Shown in pieces: positions 61,431 to 64,000 of a DNA stretch of 64,000 bases. A program made the position numbers and the translations under genes. The notes beneath the pieces are model-generated. The model saw only the letters and a list, made by a program, of their open reading frames with translations. It ran no database searches and had not been told where the DNA came from. The stretch comes from Verrucomicrobiota bacterium (GTDB lineage Bacteria; Verrucomicrobiota; Verrucomicrobiia; Limisphaerales; AAA164-E04), in contig CP170459.1 in NCBI GenBank assembly GCA_047947115.1, positions 2,656,001-2,720,000 of the forward strand, written 5' to 3'. Every line of letters begins with the position of its first letter. Positions within the stretch are counted from its first letter, which is position 1.

Positions 61431-62759
61431 ATGAAGAAGTGGATTGAGAACAGGTTTAAGTTGAGGCAGCTGGGTAGTGATTTTCGGACGGAAATCATCG
61501 CCGGGTTGACGACTTTTTCAGCGATGTCCTATATCCTGGCGGTGCATCCAGCCACCATGGCGGCGGCTGGCATGGAGCAGGCAGCGTTGGTGACGGTGAC
61601 GGCTTTGGCTTCGGCTTTCGGGTGTTTGTTGATGGGGGGGCTTGCGAATTCGCCGGTTGCTTTAGCTCCAGGGATGGGGATAAATGCCTTTTTCGCCTAC
61701 ACAGTTTGTGGGACGATGGGAATTCCCTGGCAGGCGGCTCTTGGTTGCGTTTTCTGGAATGGGATTCTTTTTTTTCTGCTGACTCTGACGGGGATGCGCA
61801 GGCGTTTGTTTGACTGCGTGCCACCGTGCCTCAAGATCGGTGTGCAGTGTGGTATCGGGCTGTTCATTGCTTTTATCGGGCTTTCTCAGTCCGGTTTGAT
61901 TGTGGATCATCCGGTTACATTGGTGACCATGGGGGAGATGCCATCTGCTCCGGGCTTGATGGTGTTGGGGGGAGTCGTTCTGATTGTTGGCCTTCAGAAC
62001 AGGGGCATTCCTGGTGCCATTTTGATTGGAATAATTGTGGTGGCTTTGCTTGGATTGTGGATTCGAGGTGAGGACGGCGAAGGTTTCACCAGGTTGCCCG
62101 AGCAGTTTTTTTCCAAACCAGTCTCCATGGCGCCTACGTTGTTGCAGGTGGATTTCCTGTTTCCGTTGCGTCAGCCAGCGGTGGCGTTGCCGATTGTCTT
62201 CAGCTTTTTGTTTGTTGACCTGTTTGACACGCTTGGAACTTTGGTGGGAGTGACCCGCAGCGCCAAGTTGTTGGATGATAAGGGTAATTACCCACAGATT
62301 CAGCATGCCCTGGCTGCTGATTCGCTTGCCACTGTCGGGGGGGCCTTGATGGGGACTTCCACGGTCACTTCCTATATTGAATCCACCGCCGGGGTGCGTG
62401 CGGGGGGGCGGACGGGCCTGACTTCCTGGGTCGTGGCGGGGTGTTTTGTGCTCTCCTTGTTTTTGACTCCTTTGATTTTGTCCATTCCGGTGGTGGCCAC
62501 TGCTCCTGCTTTGATTGTGATTGGATTAATGATGATGGACGGGATGCGGGATCTGAAATGGGGGGCTTGGGAGGACGTCTTTCCTGCGTTGATGGTATTG
62601 ATTGTCATGCCTTTGGCTTATTCCATCAGTGAGGGGATTGCTGTGGGATTCATTGTGTATGTCCTCTTGAGAGTCCTTTCCGGTCGATTCAAGGAAATCG
62701 ACTGGGTGACCGGGGGGCTGGCGGTACTTTTTCTCCTAAGGTTTCTTTGGCCTGATTGA
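61431..62759 (+). CDS. NCS2/AzgA-family purine permease
   Basis: TEIIAGLTTF, LAPGMGINAFF, GIGLFIAFIGL, DLFDTLGT, GTSTVTSYIES, GGRTGLT. Confidence 0.93.
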   Translation: MKKWIENRFKLRQLGSDFRTEIIAGLTTFSAMSYILAVHPATMAAAGMEQAALVTVTALASAFGCLLMGGLANSPVALAPGMGINAFFAYTVCGTMGIPWQAALGCVFWNGILFFLLTLTGMRRRLFDCVPPCLKIGVQCGIGLFIAFIGLSQSGLIVDHPVTLVTMGEMPSAPGLMVLGGVVLIVGLQNRGIPGAILIGIIVVALLGLWIRGEDGEGFTRLPEQFFSKPVSMAPTLLQVDFLFPLRQPAVALPIVFSFLFVDLFDTLGTLVGVTRSAKLLDDKGNYPQIQHALAADSLATVGGALMGTSTVTSYIESTAGVRAGGRTGLTSWVVAGCFVLSLFLTPLILSIPVVATAPALIVIGLMMMDGMRDLKWGAWEDVFPALMVLIVMPLAYSISEGIAVGFIVYVLLRVLSGRFKEIDWVTGGLAVLFLLRFLWPD

Positions 62760-62918
62760 TTTTTTTTAGTTTCAAACTATTTTCCATTTGAGAGAATTGG
62801 ATTTCATCCGATGTAGATGGCGGTGAAAGCCGACGACGCTGCAACTGGTGAGTGTGCGGGTGTCTGGAAAACTCTCGTACGGTGATCGGAACGAGTTTGA
62901 AGCTTCCCTCAAACGCAT

Positions 62919-63446
62919 ATGAAATGGAATATTCTGGTAGAACTTGAGCGACGCAAACATTCACGCGGGCAGGTCCGGAACACGGCGGCTCGTGGATTGG
63001 GTTTGGTCTCAGTGTTGTTGGTGTTTTACCTGGGGTTCGCTGAGTCGGTCGGTACATCCGAGCGATGGCAGCAGGTGGACAAAGTGATGCATTTTTCCCT
63101 TTTCGGTGTGTTTACTTTCATGTTTTTGCAATATGCGCGCTTCAAAGTGTTCCCCAAAATGGAGACTTGGTTCAGGGTATCCCTTATTTTCTCTGGATTG
63201 CTACTGTTAGGAGTCCTGGCTGAGTTTTCTCACTGGTTCATCCCCACTCGTACTTTTGAATGGTGGGATATGGCTGCCAATTGTGCCGGGATACTTGTTA
63301 TTGGGATTCCCGTGATTTGTATCATGCCTTTCCGTCAACGGCAGAATCAACTGGCGCATTTCGATCAGGCCAGGGCGTTTCGGGATGCGAATCATGCCGG
63401 ACTCAGATTGAGGCAGTATACGAGATCCAATGGGCGTCCAAACTAA
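62919..63446 (+). CDS. VanZ-family membrane protein
   Basis: DKVMHFSLFG, EFSHWFIPTRTFEWWDMAANCAG. Confidence 0.8.
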   Translation: MKWNILVELERRKHSRGQVRNTAARGLGLVSVLLVFYLGFAESVGTSERWQQVDKVMHFSLFGVFTFMFLQYARFKVFPKMETWFRVSLIFSGLLLLGVLAEFSHWFIPTRTFEWWDMAANCAGILVIGIPVICIMPFRQRQNQLAHFDQARAFRDANHAGLRLRQYTRSNGRPN

Positions 63447-63517
63447 TCTCTCCAGATTGTTGCTTGAGTTTTTTTGTCATCGGTCGATTTATTAAGTAAG
63501 ATGAAAGTTCGACTGTC

Positions 63518-64000
63518 ATGATCAATCTTTTTAATCGAAACCAGAAAGAAGAAATGCCTCCGCCGCCCAAGCCAAGCGGGGACATGCTGGATGTGCTCGT
63601 CGTGGAATCAGATCCGAAGTTTCTCAAAAAGCTGACCACGATGGTGCAAAGCGCCCGGGTGCCTGAGAACGCTTCCTACCTGAACTTGGATACCGCCGAT
63701 TGTTTGCGGAATGCCATAGACAAGATTGAACGGCATCGCTACGACATCATTCTCACTGATGTGAATCTGGCGGACGCTTCCGGATTTCTGGTGTTGGAGG
63801 AGTTGATCGAGTTTGGTAATCGAACGCCCATCATCGTCCTCAGTAATATCACCAATTGGTCGATGATCATCCAGTCGGCGCAGGCGGGGATCAGTGATTT
63901 TCTTTTGAAAAAATCTCTGGATGCCGATGTGCTGATGCGTTCTGTTTTTTATGCCATTGAGCGTAATCGACTGGAACTGAAAGTGACCAGGGCGGAGACA
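63518..64000 (+). CDS. Response-regulator receiver domain protein, runs off the window
   Basis: Manual translation: ...VLVVESDP...YDIILTDVNLADASG...PIIVLS...AGISDFLLK...LMRSVFYAIER. Confidence 0.85.
   Translation, partial: MINLFNRNQKEEMPPPPKPSGDMLDVLVVESDPKFLKKLTTMVQSARVPENASYLNLDTADCLRNAIDKIERHRYDIILTDVNLADASGFLVLEELIEFGNRTPIIVLSNITNWSMIIQSAQAGISDFLLKKSLDADVLMRSVFYAIERNRLELKVTRAET

Noticed and set aside
61214..61447. 77-aa membrane ORF or purine riboswitch upstream of the NCS2 permease
   Set aside because: The ORF overlaps a GTGAGTGGTGAAT...ATTCACTATTCAC inverted repeat (the same ATTCACTATTCAC occurs near 35312), and I could not find the purine riboswitch core.

Overview
Bacterial chromosomal window, most likely from a Verrucomicrobiota (Pedosphaera/Limisphaera-like) genome. 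The taxonomy is inferred from a PEP-CTERM protein, DUF1080, DUF1593 and LamG proteins, futalosine-pathway mqnD and PVC-style C-terminal tails. It holds about 45 genes and one tRNA-Leu(TAG). Main blocks: hydrolases and a nuclease; a double-LamG surface protein with an internal deletion; a MacAB-like ABC exporter; an RND efflux operon divergent from a four-gene cluster (B12 radical SAM, YceI, FAD oxidoreductase, type III PKS) that is followed by an OmpR/HK pair; tandem DUF1593 genes; glpFK; a PBP; a tightly coupled operon of DUF58, BatA/VWA, solute-binding protein, ABC permease fused to an NHL propeller, and a VWA/GATase protein; mqnD; a decaying module of propeller histidine kinase, NarL regulator and giant surface protein; an NCS2 permease. 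Intergenic DNA carries several palindromic repeat families, including three tandem ~219-bp GTAG-REP (REPIN/BIME-like) units. The best candidates for an undescribed system are the radical SAM/type III PKS lipid cluster and the VWA operon with the permease-NHL fusion. All family calls come from reading motifs by eye; no searches were run.
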